Of a stretch of DNA of 64,000 nt, positions 48,333-62,205 are shown piece after piece. Numbering within the stretch: position 1 is the first letter of the stretch; each line of letters starts with the position of its first letter. The position numbers and the translations under genes are program-made. The notes under the pieces were generated by a model. It worked only from the letters and a program-made list of their open reading frames with translations. It did not search any database and was not told the DNA's origin. Location: the NCBI RefSeq assembly GCF_006345805.1, contig NC_043014.1, forward strand, positions 53,134,001 to 53,198,000. The letters run 5' to 3'. The stretch is from Octopus sinensis (lineage: Eukaryota).

Positions 48333-48729
48333 TGATTAATAAATTACAAATACAGTCAGTAAGCAGAACGGTAAAAATATGCAAAACTTTCCAAGTTTAA
48401 AATGTGACATTGGTTTCGTCATTTGTATTCCAACAACAGAACTTTGTATCTTTGTTAGAAAGCAGCTCCCTTTTGAGAGGAAGCCTTAAAATAATTAAAA
48501 ACAGAAGAGAACATACGATGGGAAGCCGAACATTCTTGGCTTCAGTTTTGGGTAAAAGAAAATACAAAACGATCCGTTATGATTTTATTCAACATATTCT
48601 CCATTTAGATCTACGCCCATGTTGCAGCCGACCTTCAGGGTTTCTAAGCCTTGTAAAAGAACTCGGAAGGTTGGGTGTCCAACCAGGCCCTTCGTGATAC
48701 CCTTAAAGCCATGAACTTCCCAGCACCCT

Positions 48730-49104
48730 TCGTACATACATACATACATACATACATACATACATACATGCATGCATACATACATACATACATACATGCA
48801 TGCATACATACATACATACATACATACATACATACATACATACATACATACATGCATGCATGCATACATACATACATACATACATACATACATACATACA
48901 TACATACATACATCATACATACATACATACATACATACATACACATACATACATACATACCTACATACATACATACATACATACATGCATAATACATACA
49001 TACATACAACATACATACATACATGCATGCACACATACATACATACATACATACATACATACATACATACATACAACATACATACATGCATACATACATA
49101 CATG

Positions 49105-49138
<34 letters not shown>

Positions 49139-49140
49139 TA
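48730..49140. repeat. (CATA)n microsatellite
   Basis: Directly visible. Confidence 0.95.
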
Positions 49141-49733
49141 TATCTGTGTGTGCATAGAGGTATGTACACATTTCTTTGCTCACTGTAGAGCATATGCTAA
49201 ATCTGACCAGGCAATTTATTTCCTATAATTCCAACATTTTGGAAGCAACAGAAATCAAAAAGTAAATAAGAATATATATATATATATATATATATATGCG
49301 TACGTCTACATGTATGTATATATATATATATATATACATACATGTAGACGTACGCATATATATATATATTTACACACATGTATGGAAACCAGATTTCTTG
49401 ACAACATAAGAGAGTGCTGGAAATAAGAGATTTATAATCTCCCTGGAAAAAGCAGCCATTATGCGTCTGTGTATGTATGTGTGTATGTATGTATATATGT
49501 ATATTATGTGTGCATGTATATATGTGTAACACACACACATATATATTTATGTGTGTGTGTGCGTGTGTGTGTGTGTGTGCGTGTGTGTGTGTGTGTGTGC
49601 GTGTGTGTGTGTGTGCGTGTGTGTGTGTAGTCCTAATCGATAGTTTTTGCCTAGAGCCTGAAACTATTTTCAGAACAAGATGATATGGAGTTATTAAAGG
49701 TCACGTAATCGATGGATACCATACATGCGATGG

Positions 49734-49772
<39 letters not shown>

Positions 49773-50135
49773 TGGGGGCGGGGAGGGGGATAAACATCGG
49801 AAACCTTATGAAGAATCGGTGATGGTTGGTTGTTGTATTCTCCTCTTTTAAAATTGGTGGCTGAAGGGGAAAGATAAGGAAAATTACAAAACTCTTCTGT
49901 GGAAAAATGTAATAATGGTGGGAATAATGATATGGGAAGTAAAAATAACAGAGTTCGAAGGAAGTGGTCGCGGGCGATTGGGGGGGGGGGGGGACGAGTC
50001 ACAAGTTGTGCGCTTGTGCGCGCGCACAAAAGATTTGCACCCAGCGCACAGAAAGTAATAAACTCGCGCACAAAAGAAATAAAATGTAGCAATTAATAAT
50101 TAAATCAATTTTGCATTCATTATGCACTTATGTAT

Positions 50136-50290
50136 GTTGTGTGATAAGAAGTTTGCTTCCCAACCACATGGTCCCGGGTTCAGTCTCACTGCTTGACACC
50201 TTGGGCAAGTGTCTTCTACTATAGTCCCGGGCCGACCAAAGCCTTGTGAGTGTATTTGGTTGACGGAAACTGAAAGAATCCCATCTTCTC
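50136..50290 (+). mobile_element. SINE family A head and body
   Basis: TGTGTGATAAGAAGTTTGCTTCCCAACCACATGGTCCCGGGTTCAGTC...GACCAAAGCCTTGTGAGTG...GACGGAAACTGAAAGAA. Confidence 0.85.
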
Positions 50291-50634
50291 TCTCTCTATG
50301 TATATATATAATTTTTAGTAGAAGATAACATTTCGGTTGCCAGTAATTCACATCCAAGTAAACGAAATCCTGCTTCCAGTGATTTATAAGACGGGATTGG
50401 GCGGGGAACGTTGTTCTATCCATGTACTTTTAGGATCGATAAACACATGTATATATTAAAAATTCAAATAGTGAAGAATAATAAAGAATAATAAAAAGTA
50501 AATGAAGTAAGACATCAGATCAAAGGGGCCGTGTATGCGTGTGTGGAAACGTATTCGAGGGAGAAGGAAAATTGTAAACGGAGTTCAGCAAAGCAAGATA
50601 TCATGAAAGTAAAAAGGCCGATGGTGTGTATATA

Positions 50635-51250
50635 CAGGGTGCCTAAGATATTTGAGGACAGATTTATGTTTATATAAAAAAAAGCACCTATATAATAACA
50701 GATAATAACTTTACTTATCAAAAAATGCTATGAGGATAAAAATAAACCTTCTTTTCTATAATGTTATTCAATAAAGCCATCTTCAGCTCCAACAACTGCT
50801 TCTATATGAGATCTAAATCATTTACATGCTTGAATCAAGTGGTCCTGGTTCATTTTGGACATTACTCTATGGCAGCTTTCAAAGAATCTTTGGTGTTATG
50901 GACATGTTCATTGACCTCTCTCTCTCGACAATGCTCCACATGTAATAGTCCAATGGATTGAGATCTGGGGAATTAGGAGGCCAAATGTTAGGGGTTATGT
51001 GATCACAATATTTTCCAGCCATCCATTCCTGTGTTACTAGAGTCATGTGTACAGAGTCTTACTGAAACACATATCGCCTTCCATTGCATACATTATCTAT
51101 TCGGGACCTCAATATAGGCGGCAGAGTTAACACTATGGAAAGAAGTAAGGAGTCTGACAACCCCTAAAACCATGATAGTTGCAGGACATTTTCTATGCAT
51201 AACACTTGGAACTTTAGACGGGTCTGCACATAACCATCGGTCATTCCTTC
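50635..51250 (-). mobile_element. Tc1/mariner-superfamily transposon 3' half (maT/DD37D-like), pseudogene
   Basis: Minus strand reads NDRWLCADPSKVPSVMHRKCPATIMVLGVV..VNSAAYIEV..WPPNSPDLNPLDYYMWSIVERE..AVVGAEDGFIE*. A TIR-like TA|CAGGGTGCC sits at 50633-50643. Confidence 0.8.
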
Positions 51251-51267
51251 TGTATGTGTGGGAATGC

Positions 51268-51690
51268 ATAAACATCTGTGTCTGTCTCCCCCCCCCTCAC
51301 CATTTGGCAACCAATTTCGGTGTAGTCACGTCCCCGTAACTTAGCTGATCAGCAAAAATGACGAATAGAATAAGTAGCAGGTTTAAAAAACAAGCACCGG
51401 GGTCGATTCCTTTGACTAAAAATTCAAGGTCGTGCCCCAGCATGGCCGCAGTCTAATGACTGAAACTAGTAACAGATAAATGATATATACCCCCCCCCCA
51501 TATATATATATATGTGGGGTTGGGGGTGCGTGTGTTTGTGTTTGGTTTGTTGACGTTCCAGTAACTTAGCAGTTCAACAAAAAGCAAACAAAAGAAAGAG
51601 TACCACACTGACTAAGTTCTGGAATAGATTTATTTGAATAAACTCTTCAAGGCACTGCCCCAGCATGGCCGCAACCCAATGACAAAAAAA
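51268..51690 (+). mobile_element. Two SINE family A 3' segments
   Basis: CACGTCCCCGTAACTTAGC..GGGGTCGATT..CCCCAGCATGGCCGCAGTCTAATGACTGAAAC, repeated in degenerate form at 51550-51690. Confidence 0.75.
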
Positions 51691-52095
51691 AAGGAAGAGA
51701 AAAAGAAGATTTCCACAAACTTTTTGTGTTTTGGTGATTAAATGTCGGATTGAAGCCGTTTGCATCGTTTTGCTAAAGATGGCGACGGTTTGGCGGAGTC
51801 GGTAGAGCGTCGAATGGAATGGCTTGGGATGTCTGTTTCGATTCATTTCATTCTGAAATCAGGTCAACCGTTTTCTTTTAATATTTTTTTGTCGATACAT
51901 AAGCCACCCGGCTTGGGCGGTGGAGTAGCTGAATGGTGAGTGCGTCGGGTGGGATAAATTACAGTGTTTGTTCGGGCTCTGCCTTCTGAGTTCAGATCTC
52001 ACCGGATGGTGGTCTTAAGACCGGGTGATGGGCCAAGACAGCTGTACATGCGACAGAGTTTAACCGCCACCCAGTTTAAGACCACAGTAAACCTC

Positions 52096-52487
52096 TGTAT
52101 TAACACCCGCACGATTTTCATTAAAAAACCCCAAAAAACAAAAACAAACTCAAGTACCCTGACCTCCTAATATGCTGCAAATCCGTTATTTTGGTTCGGA
52201 AAGTTGGGGGACGAGGAGGGAGACCCCACCCCACCACGGAATCATTGGAATTTTATTTTTTCGTTAAATGAATTCCTGTGACCTAATATGCTATAAAACC
52301 CTTTTGGTGTCCGAAAAACGGGGTGGAGTGAGGTGGCAGCCTCGGAAATTTCACCCCCACCCCATTGATCTTTTCACTTGCACGAAAAAGGGGGGCACCC
52401 CCACTTTTTTCCGAACCAAAATAAGGGATTTGCAGCATAAAATCCGATTTTTTTCTTTAATGAAAATCGTGCGGGTGTTAATAATAC
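52096..52487. mobile_element. MITE-like element with two nested inverted-repeat pairs
   Basis: 27-bp perfect IR TATTAACACCCGCACGATTTTCATTAA (52098-52124 versus 52456-52482). An inner IR pairs TGCTGCAAATCCGTTATTTTGGTTCGGAAAA with TTTTCCGAACCAAAATAAGGGATTTGCAGCA. Confidence 0.75.
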
Positions 52488-52661
52488 ATTTACCAAGAAC
52501 CCCGGCCCCACTCGGTTGCTGGGTATCTTTAACGGAATCTGTTATAAGCATTCGAGGCCCCTACTCCTTCCCTCCCACCAGTCCCTGAAGATGATCTTGG
52601 GAAGAACTGGCCTTACCAGCTACGATGAAATAGAAATAAAAATGCTGTGATGTAGCATGTG

Positions 52662-52735
<74 letters not shown>

Positions 52736-53604
52736 GTGTGATCATGCGTGTGCGTATGCAAGACAAATCTGACGTTCCGGCTTGTCTTTTCGTCCTGGAG
52801 AAAAAACAATTTAAATGCTGCTCTCTTCATCTTGAAATACCAAATACCGCTTCTCCTCACTCCATATTAACTTACTAAAACTCACAAAATTCGTTGAGAT
52901 CAATATAGACGTTAAATTTTATCATTAGCGGACATGTTCGACATGAAACGAATTTGTTAAATGGTTACAATTGCAACCTGGAAATCCTTTCAACGCATCT
53001 CATTCATTTCCGTAGTCGACTCATAATCCGAAACCTCTTTCCCCGGATTACTCTGGTACAACCCTGAAATTTCCACGGCAGTCGTGAATGGCCCCTACTA
53101 CCGTACTGAACATCAGGTCGTATCGGATGTTACAGGTTGAAGGTTTCCTTACCCCTAATACACAACGGACGTTATTCTCCTACATTGATATTTGTGGCAG
53201 AGACCAACTAACGACCCCTTTGAATACGGATAAATCTGTTCAAAATTTTAATAGTTTTACCTGACGGGTTAGAAAAAACCCCCAAAAACATCTCCTGTTG
53301 CGAGAATCAGAGATACTTTCTACAAAAGAAAGAATAATAAATATATTTTTAATGGTGAATATAAAATTCATACTAACAGGAGACACGGTTTTTATATCCA
53401 CCACTGAAAATGTATTGCAGAAGCAGGAAATAGTGAAGCGATTTTCTGAGAGATCATTTACGGGAAGGCGTAGGAAAGTTAATCACGCTGCCATTAAGTC
53501 GCAAGGTGTTGTCTCCCTTTGTTGTAAAACTGCGAAATAATTTGGGTCTTTTTTTCCTCAGTCCAATTCTGAAATTGTGTGGGAGGAAGATATGGTCGAT
53601 TAAA

Positions 53605-53750
53605 TCAATCCCAATACTTGATTGATATTTAAGGTTATCGATCTCAAAAGGATGAAAGACCGAACGAAATACAACAGAATTTGATATCAGAACGTAGAGA
53701 TATTTAACTAAATGCAGAAGTCCTTTTATTGGTTGTGCGTCGTCAGAATC
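53605..53750 (-). mobile_element. SINE family B, diverged
   Basis: GTCGATTAAATCAATCCCAATACTTGATTG...AAAGGATGAAAGAC...GAATTTGATATCAGAACGTAGAG. Confidence 0.7.
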
Positions 53751-54237
53751 GTTAGAAAACCGGACAGAATATGTTTTTTGGGGTGTTTCATTTCGAATCC
53801 AATCGAGGGGTTTACTCTGTCTTACATTTTCTCGGAATGGATGAAGTAAAGTAGCAATCAAGTATTAGATCGGTTTCATATTCCTCCGCATCGTCTTAGA
53901 AGCCAAAGAAATTATAACCGAAGATTCTGCACAAAGAAATAATTATTATAAAACCAAAACGAGGAAAATGGAAATTTTTTTTCTTCTTTATACTACGAAG
54001 AGTTACTCCCCTTGCATCGACTATAATTTCACAATCGAATCAACGCAGCTGGTCCTTTCCTATAATCGATAACTGATCAGCCTTCAAATCACCCCCGCCC
54101 CCCCAAAACGCATTAGATAACGTAGTCCAGGGTTTATTATTCCGGAACGAAAAAACTCGATCATGCCCGCCACACCGAAGATAGCTACAGTTTGACTATA
54201 GGTACGTTAGGTTATGGTTGATCTGCTGCTGCTGCTG

Positions 54238-54287
<50 letters not shown>

Positions 54288-55078
54288 GCTTTCTTGATTT
54301 GTGCTGAGATCTTCGATGAAAATAATGGGCATCGCCCAGTTTCCGACCTCGCTTTTGGTCGTTTTCCAATTTCAGTTGAGAAAGGCATGACGCCACAACA
54401 TCCCATTTTATACCCCTTAAAATGTAAAATCGTGCTTCGATTTCCAACTTTAAGTGAGACTTCGATGAATTAATAAGTTGTCTCCCTTGTCCTTGTCTGG
54501 TGAAGTAAAGCGCCGTCTCCCTATTGACCCCCCTACTCGACTCTATTAATGATTTGTTAAAGGGTCTTCTTACTAACATCATCATTAAACAAGGATCTTG
54601 TCCCTATGTAAAGAGTATTTGTCGTTTTATTCAATTGATTCTTGCTTTTAAATTATTTACTTTGTTTTTTTTAATCCCATTTTTAAAAGATAATTTTTTT
54701 TTAAATGTATCTAAACACATTTTTGGTCGAATTAATCTCTTACGATAATCCGGTGTTTTATTCGCGCATGAGTTTGCAGAACCAGGTTATTAAAGTTCTT
54801 GTAATTTTGATATAGAAATATGATTAGGACCCATGAATTGCACACACGCATACACACACAAACATGTGTGTGTATGTGTGGGTGTGTATATATTTGTATG
54901 TATGTAAGTCTATATGTGAATGTATATGTGTATAAACGCCCGCACAAATGCATACATACATTCACACACACACACACACACACACCGTGCACTTTTAGTT
55001 TTAGTTTTATTTCTCCTTAAACATTGTTTTATTTTATCCCACCATTTGCTTTTCATTTGCTCTGTTGTCTATTCATGC

Positions 55079-55250
55079 AATTCCACCATTCCATCATACC
55101 GTCATTCCGTCATTCCATCATACCGTCATTCCACCATTCCATCATACCGTCATTCCACCATTCCATCATACCGTCATTTCACCATTCCATCATACCGTCA
55201 TTCCACCATTCCATCATACCGTCATTCCATCATTCCGTCATATTGTCATT
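55079..55250. repeat. 24-bp minisatellite (CATTCCAC-CATTCCAT-CATACCGT), ~7 copies
   Basis: Directly visible; built from three 8-bp subunits. Confidence 0.95.
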
Positions 55251-56364
55251 CTTTTATCTTACATCTGCAAAACGTCCTTTTTAACTCCATTTCTCCATCA
55301 AAGTGAAAATGTTGGCCAATATTTAGAGTTTCCTGGGGATCAAGAGCAGGGAATTGGTTGTGATTTTTGAAGTTGCTGCTTCATAACGGAATAACTGATC
55401 AACTCTCTTTTACTTGGAGTTCACGCGGCCAAGATGCCTGAGCTTCTGCAGATCTTTGAGGAGTTTAGGCCGCCGGTACGAGACTTCTGCCCCTCCTGAG
55501 CAGGACATGTTTCAACCCCACTACACCAAACACCACTGGTACCTATTTTCAATTGAGTCTACTGGCGCAACATGAGATAAAGTGCCTTGCTCAAAGATTG
55601 TCGAGTAGTTGATCCGAGATTCGAACCTACGACAGAACGATCGTGAACCTTACACCCTAACCACTTGGCTACGCGTCTCAAGTGCATTCACACAAGAATT
55701 CAAAAAGCAAAGTGACAGAACAATTACGGTAAAAGTATTTCGCCCAACCGTGACCATCCCGCCTTTTAGCTCTGTGCAGGGAACACAGACCTACACTATT
55801 GAATGCATCTATTCCCGAGACGCAGTGTGTATGTGTGTGTGATTTGAGGGCGATATGTCTGTTGTTTCTAGCGGGTCGGGCGTCTTCGTTGCGGTCGCCT
55901 TGTTTGTTCGACGATGGTCTTTAAATAACAATGGAAGAGAGAAATACAATTCGACCTTCGAATGTCGGCTGTCTTGGTCGGTCTGATTAAATCTCTCATT
56001 GTTTACGGTTCGGGTAAACAGGATCAATAGCAACATTGATCCGGAAGTCTCTAATGGTTTGTAATTTCCGGGTTTGGTCTCATCACGTGATACAATCAAG
56101 AAGTTCGATGAATGGGTGCTGATCAATAGCGTCCGCACTTTGTTCATTCTGGTGTATGGAAGTGGATCTCGGTCGTTCGACGACGAGGATTCACTTGTTG
56201 GGTCAAGCAGGGAAAATCAACCTGACACAGTGAATGTGACCAGACCGCGTTTTTCGTGTTACAGTTATAATGCACCATCCACCGGGCTTCCAACAGTTTC
56301 CATCTATCCAGTATTATTGTCAAAGTTTGAGTCGAACCAAGACTATAGAAAAAGAAACTTCTTC

Positions 56365-56445
56365 AAGATGAAGTGCAGTGGGACTGAACCCTGCATCTCC
56401 TGGTTGCCAAGCGAACTTCTGAACTATTTCGCCGCCACACAGCAC
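56365..56445 (-). mobile_element. SINE family A head
   Basis: GTGCAGTGGGACTGAACCCTG...TGGTTGCCAAGCGAACTTCT is the reverse complement of the family A head. Confidence 0.65.
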
Positions 56446-56488
56446 GTGCATACATGTGACTCTTCATATACATACATACATACATACA

Positions 56489-56524
<36 letters not shown>

Positions 56525-56550
56525 TATACACACACACACACATATATATA

Positions 56551-56592
<42 letters not shown>

Positions 56593-56657
56593 TGGACTCC
56601 TCATCGCGAACGACAAAGATTTAGTAATTGAAAGCGGCGGTAATTTTATATATATAT

Positions 56658-56697
<40 letters not shown>

Positions 56698-57154
56698 AAA
56701 CAGTGGATCTGGAAGCAGATAAGACTAGAAGTACTAGTGTGTAAATACTGGGTTAAAACAATCGTTTTCGAAAGAAAAAGTCGAAATCTGCCGCTGGAAC
56801 ACACTGTTACATCTCTTGGTAGACATGACAGATGTTCTACCATTGGAGCAAAGCAATTCTTCGAATTTCTCTCCCCATTTCAGAAACTTTATTTTCATCT
56901 GTGAAAAGTTTACGCTGCTGACGTCATAAAAATGTTTTAAATTTCGAGCGACTGTGAAACAATTCTTTTTTGTTGGGTGTGGGGAAGATTTACTATGAAT
57001 CTCGAAGCAGATAAACCCAATATTTGCACGCTATCATTTATAGCTTTATCTGTTTCGAGAAGAACCGTTCCAAAAAAGGACTAGTTTATGGTCTCTCAGA
57101 GTTTATACATTCTTATAGCGCGAGCGGTATATGTACATGCACATTTGTAGATTA

Positions 57155-57663
57155 CGTAAATCCTCGAGTATAATCCGCATTTTTTCCCCAAAATTTAAAG
57201 GTCAAAATCCTTAGTGCGTATTATATACGAGGTTAAAAATGAAAAAAAAATTTTCTAAGCAATGTCCGAGTGTCTATATTTGCTGTCCGACAATGTTTAT
57301 TCAGACGCATTTTGTGATGTCGGGTGCAAAAATACCTTAAGCTAAGCCTGAAAGCAATGAAGTCATAGAAGGATCATCCATAACTCGCAGTAAGCAACAT
57401 TTATTAAACGTTATTACTGTTATTTCTTTATTTTCTGCAAACAAAATGCACAAAAAAGCTACCCGTTTGCATCATGTTATATATACAATAATAATAAAGG
57501 ACGTTAGCGTTTACATTTTTACAAACCAAGTACGTTATATAGACCTCCATGACTCAAGTTAGAGAAGGGGTGCGTATTATACACAAGGTTTTGCAGAGGT
57601 ACAGCCCCCTAAAAATCCCCTGGATATTATACTCAAGGGGGGACTATACTCGAGGGTTTACGG
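57155..57663. mobile_element. pogo/Tigger-like MITE with TA TSD
   Basis: TA|CGTAAATCCTCGAGTATAATC versus GACTATACTCGAGGGTTTACGG|TA, with internal repeats of GTGCGTATTATA. The pogo assignment is inference. Confidence 0.75.
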
Positions 57664-58114
57664 TACATACATACATAAACGCACACACACATACATGCAT
57701 TTAGATATTTGATAGGTAGGCTTATACCTGCCAATTAACAAATGATTCCAACATAATTATATATAATCAAAAGTACAAGTGACCTTCCTGTTTGCCTTTT
57801 AATGTTGAGGTTCTGAACTCTAAATCTCTTCCCCCCCACCCATTTTAATCCAATGAAAATTTTTCCTATCAAATGGAATAACAAATATGTTCTATGTATT
57901 CTATTTTCCCGGTCAGTTATGATTAAATAACGACTGCAGCGATTTATGTAATCGGCATTACACAAGACACCCGACGGAATCGTCGCCATCATTCGTTTCT
58001 ATGTGTGTGATGTTTGATTCGTCACTCGCACCTCGTTGAAACACCCTTCAACCACAGAATAATAAATGTTATGTCATGTATTCCATTCTTCTCTGATGTG
58101 TGTGTGTATACATA

Positions 58115-58145
<31 letters not shown>

Positions 58146-58656
58146 AAATATAGTGATGTTGATAACCGATATAAACAACATGGCTGAAGGGAAACTACGT
58201 CAGGGTAGTGTTCTGTAGATGGTGGTGGTGGTGGTGGTGGTAATGATAAGGGTTTGGAATTAATAAAGAGAGCCTCACAAATATAATCTCCAATCGTCCA
58301 CGTAATTACTAGAGAAAAATTCCCTCCGTTGTGCATTTAAAAGTTAAAAAACGAGATTTTGTTGAAAAGAAACACAATGTCAAGGGCGACAACTGAGCCT
58401 CGACAAGAAACACGTATCAAGAATTCTACTGAAAGGAATTGAGGCAACTGGTTCTGAACTAATTAATTAATTAATGAAAATTAGGTTGGAGTGGGGGATA
58501 TGAGTATTTTAGAATTACGAAATTAATTACTTTGCGTTCAAAAATATTTGGACAATTTATTCGGAGTTAAATAACGCCAGAAGTGTGTGTGTGTGTGTGT
58601 GCGTACGTGTGTTGTGTGTTGTGTGTGTGTGTTGTGTGTGTGTGTGTGTGGTGTGT

Positions 58657-58691
<35 letters not shown>

Positions 58692-58929
58692 ATGTCTGTG
58701 TTGTGTTGTGTGTGTGTGTGTGTGTGTGTGTGTTGATTGGATTGCTTTTCAGGCAACTTAATTACAACAAAAACTAATTGCAAATTTAATTATCTTGGTT
58801 GTTGTTGATGTTGTTTAGCCTGCACGTCCGTCCCTACGATTAAAAGCGCTGCAACCATGACCATTCCATCTATTATTTTTTACAGATAATGTATCTAAGA
58901 ATATATTATTCAATGTGTCGAGAGATCGC

Positions 58930-59800
58930 AGGGAAGTTCTTAGGCTTATTATTAGAAAGACGATTAAAAATTATGACTTCTCACATGAACATTCAGAATA
59001 AATTTTATCACCCAATAGGTTCCATGTTTTAAGTGAAGATTTCGAGAAAAGCCCCAAAAGTGGTCGGGAATCTAATGAGAATAAGATTCTGGAATAAGAT
59101 TGTCCAAGAAAATCCATCACTCTAGAGAATAAATCGGTCATAAATTTATCTAAACTAAAACTTTCGTCCGACGATGTCTTTCTTGGAGATTGGGCTAATT
59201 TCGACATGAATAAACTAATTCAAGGGCTATTCCATTTTGTGACAGAATTCCTTAAGTGATCAACTGGCACCGAAATTTCGCTGGCATTTCAAAAGTGTTA
59301 CATGAAAGTTACCAGCATGTTGTGGAAAAATATACTCGTTTCAAACATATTTTCTCAGCCGCCTATTGCAGCCTTTAGACGGAATAGAAATATAAGAGAA
59401 CTGTTGACCTCTATTTCTGACTCCAGGAAAACTAACATTGGAGTGTCTGCACGCTGTACCTTGAAAGACAGCCGCAACAGAGAAGTAAGCCCTGTTCATT
59501 GGGCAACAACATGAGTCAGGTGTATTCCATCAGGAATCATATCAGAAATGTTATGATTAACACAGGTGGGCCATGTAGAGATTCCCATTTGGTGTACGCG
59601 GCAGAATGTACGAAACACAACATGATTTATGTTGGTTGTACAACAGAACAATAAAAAAAAAAGGTTTAATGAGCACAATAACAGTAATTCGACAGGACTT
59701 GCCGAACATTTTGTTTCAAATGGCTGCAATTTTGAAGAAGACTTGAAAGTGTATATTCTCAGAAAATATTCTGAATCTGCTACACTTTCAATACTCAAAA
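58930..59800 (+). mobile_element. Penelope-like retroelement remnant (GIY-YIG endonuclease), RT largely deleted
   Basis: SVINLSKLKLSSDD (N-terminal region), FSQPPIAAFRRNRNIRELL and HLVYAAECTKHNMIYVGCT..KRFNEH..GLAEHF (GIY-YIG-like) are present with stops and frameshifts. Confidence 0.8.
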
Positions 59801-60429
59801 TGTATATTTGCTCTCCTGCCGGCTCTTGTTTCTAATTCGTATTAGTTTATGTCTCAAAACCGTAACTTCTTCCAACTAGGATCTGTCTGTTACATACTCG
59901 GTACCTGTCCTTCTCTTAGGGACATTAAACCTTCTGGCTGATCCTGTATAGAAATATTAATGGAGACCACAGACATTTGCCGAGTTAACATGAGCAGACG
60001 ACCATACATTTATCTACGCATGCGCACAGCCACTATTTAGCTGCAGATATTTTTGAAGTCGAAATATTTTTACTTGATTTATTTTTGATTATTAACCGAT
60101 ATAAAATTTATTGATTTCTTCTGAATGAGCGTAGAGCAAAGCAGGTTTATTACGTTTTTGGAGGATCGAAGGATAGCGTATTGAATATCGATCTCTGAGA
60201 AACGAATGCTAAATTGATCCTTGCTAAGATTTGAACATTTCTTTTAGGCGAGACATTTTTATAGGAGAGAGAGAGAGAGAGAGAGAGAAGGAGGAAGAGA
60301 AAGAAGGGGAGAAAAGGGAAGGGAGTGGAAAGAGGAGGAAAAAGAGGAACAGAGAGATAGCGAGAGAAAGATGGTGAAAGAGCGACAGAGACAAAGGAGG
60401 GAGGAAAAGAAACAGATATAACGGGAGAA

Positions 60430-60431
60430 AG

Positions 60432-60518
<87 letters not shown>

Positions 60519-60530
60519 CAGATAGAGAGA
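60430..60530. repeat. (GATA)n microsatellite
   Basis: Directly visible. Confidence 0.95.
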
Positions 60531-60544
60531 GAGATGAATGGTAG

Positions 60545-60620
60545 GCATTTTGTTCGTTGCTAGGATCTGAAACCGTATGGTTGGGAGGCTAACTTCGTAC
60601 CACACAGCCATGCCTGCGCC
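60545..60620 (-). mobile_element. SINE family A head
   Basis: AAACCGTATGGTTGGGAGGCTAACTTCGTACCACACAGCCATGCCTGCGCC is the reverse complement of the head. Confidence 0.75.
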
Positions 60621-60841
60621 TAAATATAGCCCCTCCTCCCACCAAAAGGAATTAAAAATCCAGAAAAATAGTAAAGAAATGTGTCACCAATGTTGTTGCT
60701 GCTGCTGCTGATGTTTTTTAGCTGTCGGCAGTGACATGGGTAGCCAGAGCACGAAGAATTTTGTGTTTAGGGCAGCTGTTCCTTTGGTTGAACAGACCTA
60801 CGGCCACTCTTGTCTTTTTAGGGACTTTCGTCTTTTTAGGA

Positions 60842-61274
60842 ATCTGTGATGATCTGGGGTGGGGGAGGCTATATCATGGAAACCCGCAAGCCCAATGGTT
60901 TCCCTTCATGGCAGAATTAATAGTCAAGACTAAGCATTTTATCTGATCAAATTCATCCTACGGTTCCGGAAGTGTTTCCGGAGGGAAATGCAATCTTTCA
61001 GGATGAGAATGCACCAATTCACACAGCTAAAGTTGTTACTGAATGGCATGAGGAACATTCTAGTGAAGTTGAACATCTTATCTGGCCACCACAGTCCCCA
61101 GATCTCAATATTATTGAACATTTAAGGTGCATCTTAGAAAAACAAGTAAGGAGTCCATATCGTCCACCATCATCACTACAAGAACTGGAGACTGTTTTAG
61201 CTGAAGAATGGACAAAACATTCCTTTGGAAACAATTCAAACTTTGTACGAGTCCATACCTCGTAGAATTCAAGT
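60842..61274 (+). mobile_element. Tc1 transposase fragment (no TIRs), close copy of 62925-63345
   Basis: FPEGNAIFQDENAPIHTAKVVTEWHEEHSSEVEHLIWPPQSPDLNIIEHL; high nucleotide identity to the downstream element. Confidence 0.9.
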
Positions 61275-62106
61275 TGTCCAGCGAGTCATTCGCGTTTTCG
61301 TGGAGATCGAGTCACCTGGCCTGAGGGTTATTTAGCATCGATTTCGAGCAGGTGGAACGATCACGTACAAACACCCTAGTTGGCTCGAAGCCACTCGAGT
61401 CTCTTGGCAACGAAAAGAATATCTCCACGAAAGATAGCAAAGCATATCAAATAGATCTTATGTGCTGCAGTATTTTTGGTGAGTTATTTCTGGTTAAACA
61501 AACTGATGGTGTTTATACAGTGAGGGCAGCGATGGAGGAGGTGGCGTGAGTGAGGAACTGTGTCACGGCATTAGGAAGAGGAGGTCAGAAATGGAATGGG
61601 AATGATCGTGGGGATTCACTAACAACAACAAAAAAAGATAAATAAACAAAATACAGAATCCCGGCAGCATTAAGAGGGACTCAAAGATATTTTAATGTCA
61701 AAAGATTCGTCATAGATGTGAATGAGTGCAGGGCGAGAGTACATCGCTCTATGATACATTGCATCAATGCATGCGTGTGTGTGTGTGTGTGTGTGTGCGC
61801 GAAGGTAGCTCGGTGGGATAAAGGTCTGTCCTCTTCACCAATGGTATGTTGGCAATTTTGGAGAATTCTTGGATTCCTAGTCCTTGAGATTATTCATTTG
61901 CCCTTCTCAAGTGGGGGTGGTTTTCATTGCTATTTGGTGATTATGACACATCATTTAGAGGAGGTGATAGTTTTAAGAAATCGAGAATTTATGTTGTATA
62001 GTATTTGATAGACCTGTATCTGTCTATGTTATTTAAAAGCATGTCACTGACCTTTCTGAATTATTTCTCTGACTTCTCTCCTTCTCTCCTTCTCTCCTTC
62101 TCTCCT

Positions 62107-62137
<31 letters not shown>

Positions 62138-62205
62138 TACACACACACAATTACATAAACATATTCATACACATATATATGTATGTATATGTATATGTGT
62201 ATATA

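Noticed and set aside
54283-54415. Possible minus-strand terminal exon (GIKWDVVASCLSQLKLENDQKRGRKLGDAHYFHRRSQHKSRKQ*)
   Set aside because: Only a modest acceptor, no homology recognised, and it ends in a (TAG)n microsatellite, so there is insufficient support.
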